In this document: one piece after another, positions 63,964 to 64,000 of the stretch | Layout of the letters: the number at the start of each line of letters is the position of its first letter | Position numbering within the stretch: the stretch's first letter is position 1 | Assembly: GCF_037042905.1 (NCBI RefSeq) | Contig: NC_087250.1 | Coordinates: 23,066,001 to 23,130,000 of the forward strand | DNA from: Lytechinus pictus | Taxonomy: Eukaryota | Reading direction: 5' to 3' | DNA length: 64,000 nt | Program-made: the position numbers and the translations under genes | Notes under the pieces: generated by a model | Database searches by the model: none | The model's input: only the letters and a program-made list of their open reading frames with translations | What the model was told of the DNA's origin: nothing

Positions 63964-64000
63964 TATTATTGTTATTATTATCATCATCAGTATTATTATT

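Overview
AT-rich, repeat-dense animal DNA. The repeat landscape and gene content suggest an invertebrate deuterostome, probably a sea urchin (inference). (1) 1-~23 kb, + strand: 3' part of a multi-exon gene for an apparently secreted mosaic protein. It has at least 5 near-identical Sushi/CCP exons in a ~1.63-kb exon+intron tandem array, then three atypical C-type lectin domains (3 exons each), a stop at 21846-21848 and a 3'-UTR intron. (2) 30.4-34.8 kb, - strand: last three exons of an SLC46-like (PCFT/SLC46A3 family) MFS transporter, with no upstream exons recognisable in the window. (3) Main finding, 36.3-60.7 kb: a dispersed cluster of up to nine small snRNA-like genes. Each reads hairpin - Sm site (AAUUUUG[A/G]) - 3' hairpin and shares an upstream layout (CTAACT-like proximal element, AATCGATT distal element). 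Six carry a near-invariant GACUAGGUC hairpin tip on covarying stems but have variable 5' ends. None matches over its length a canonical U snRNA that I can recall, so this is a candidate undescribed Sm-class snRNA family. The rest is SINEs, MITEs (Kolobok-, hAT-, Harbinger-, Academ-like), microsatellites, Penelope-like remnants with a UCA-anticodon tRNA-like module, and a 5'-truncated R4/Dong-type retrotransposon. RNA 5' ends and many repeat boundaries are approximate, and everything was read by eye.
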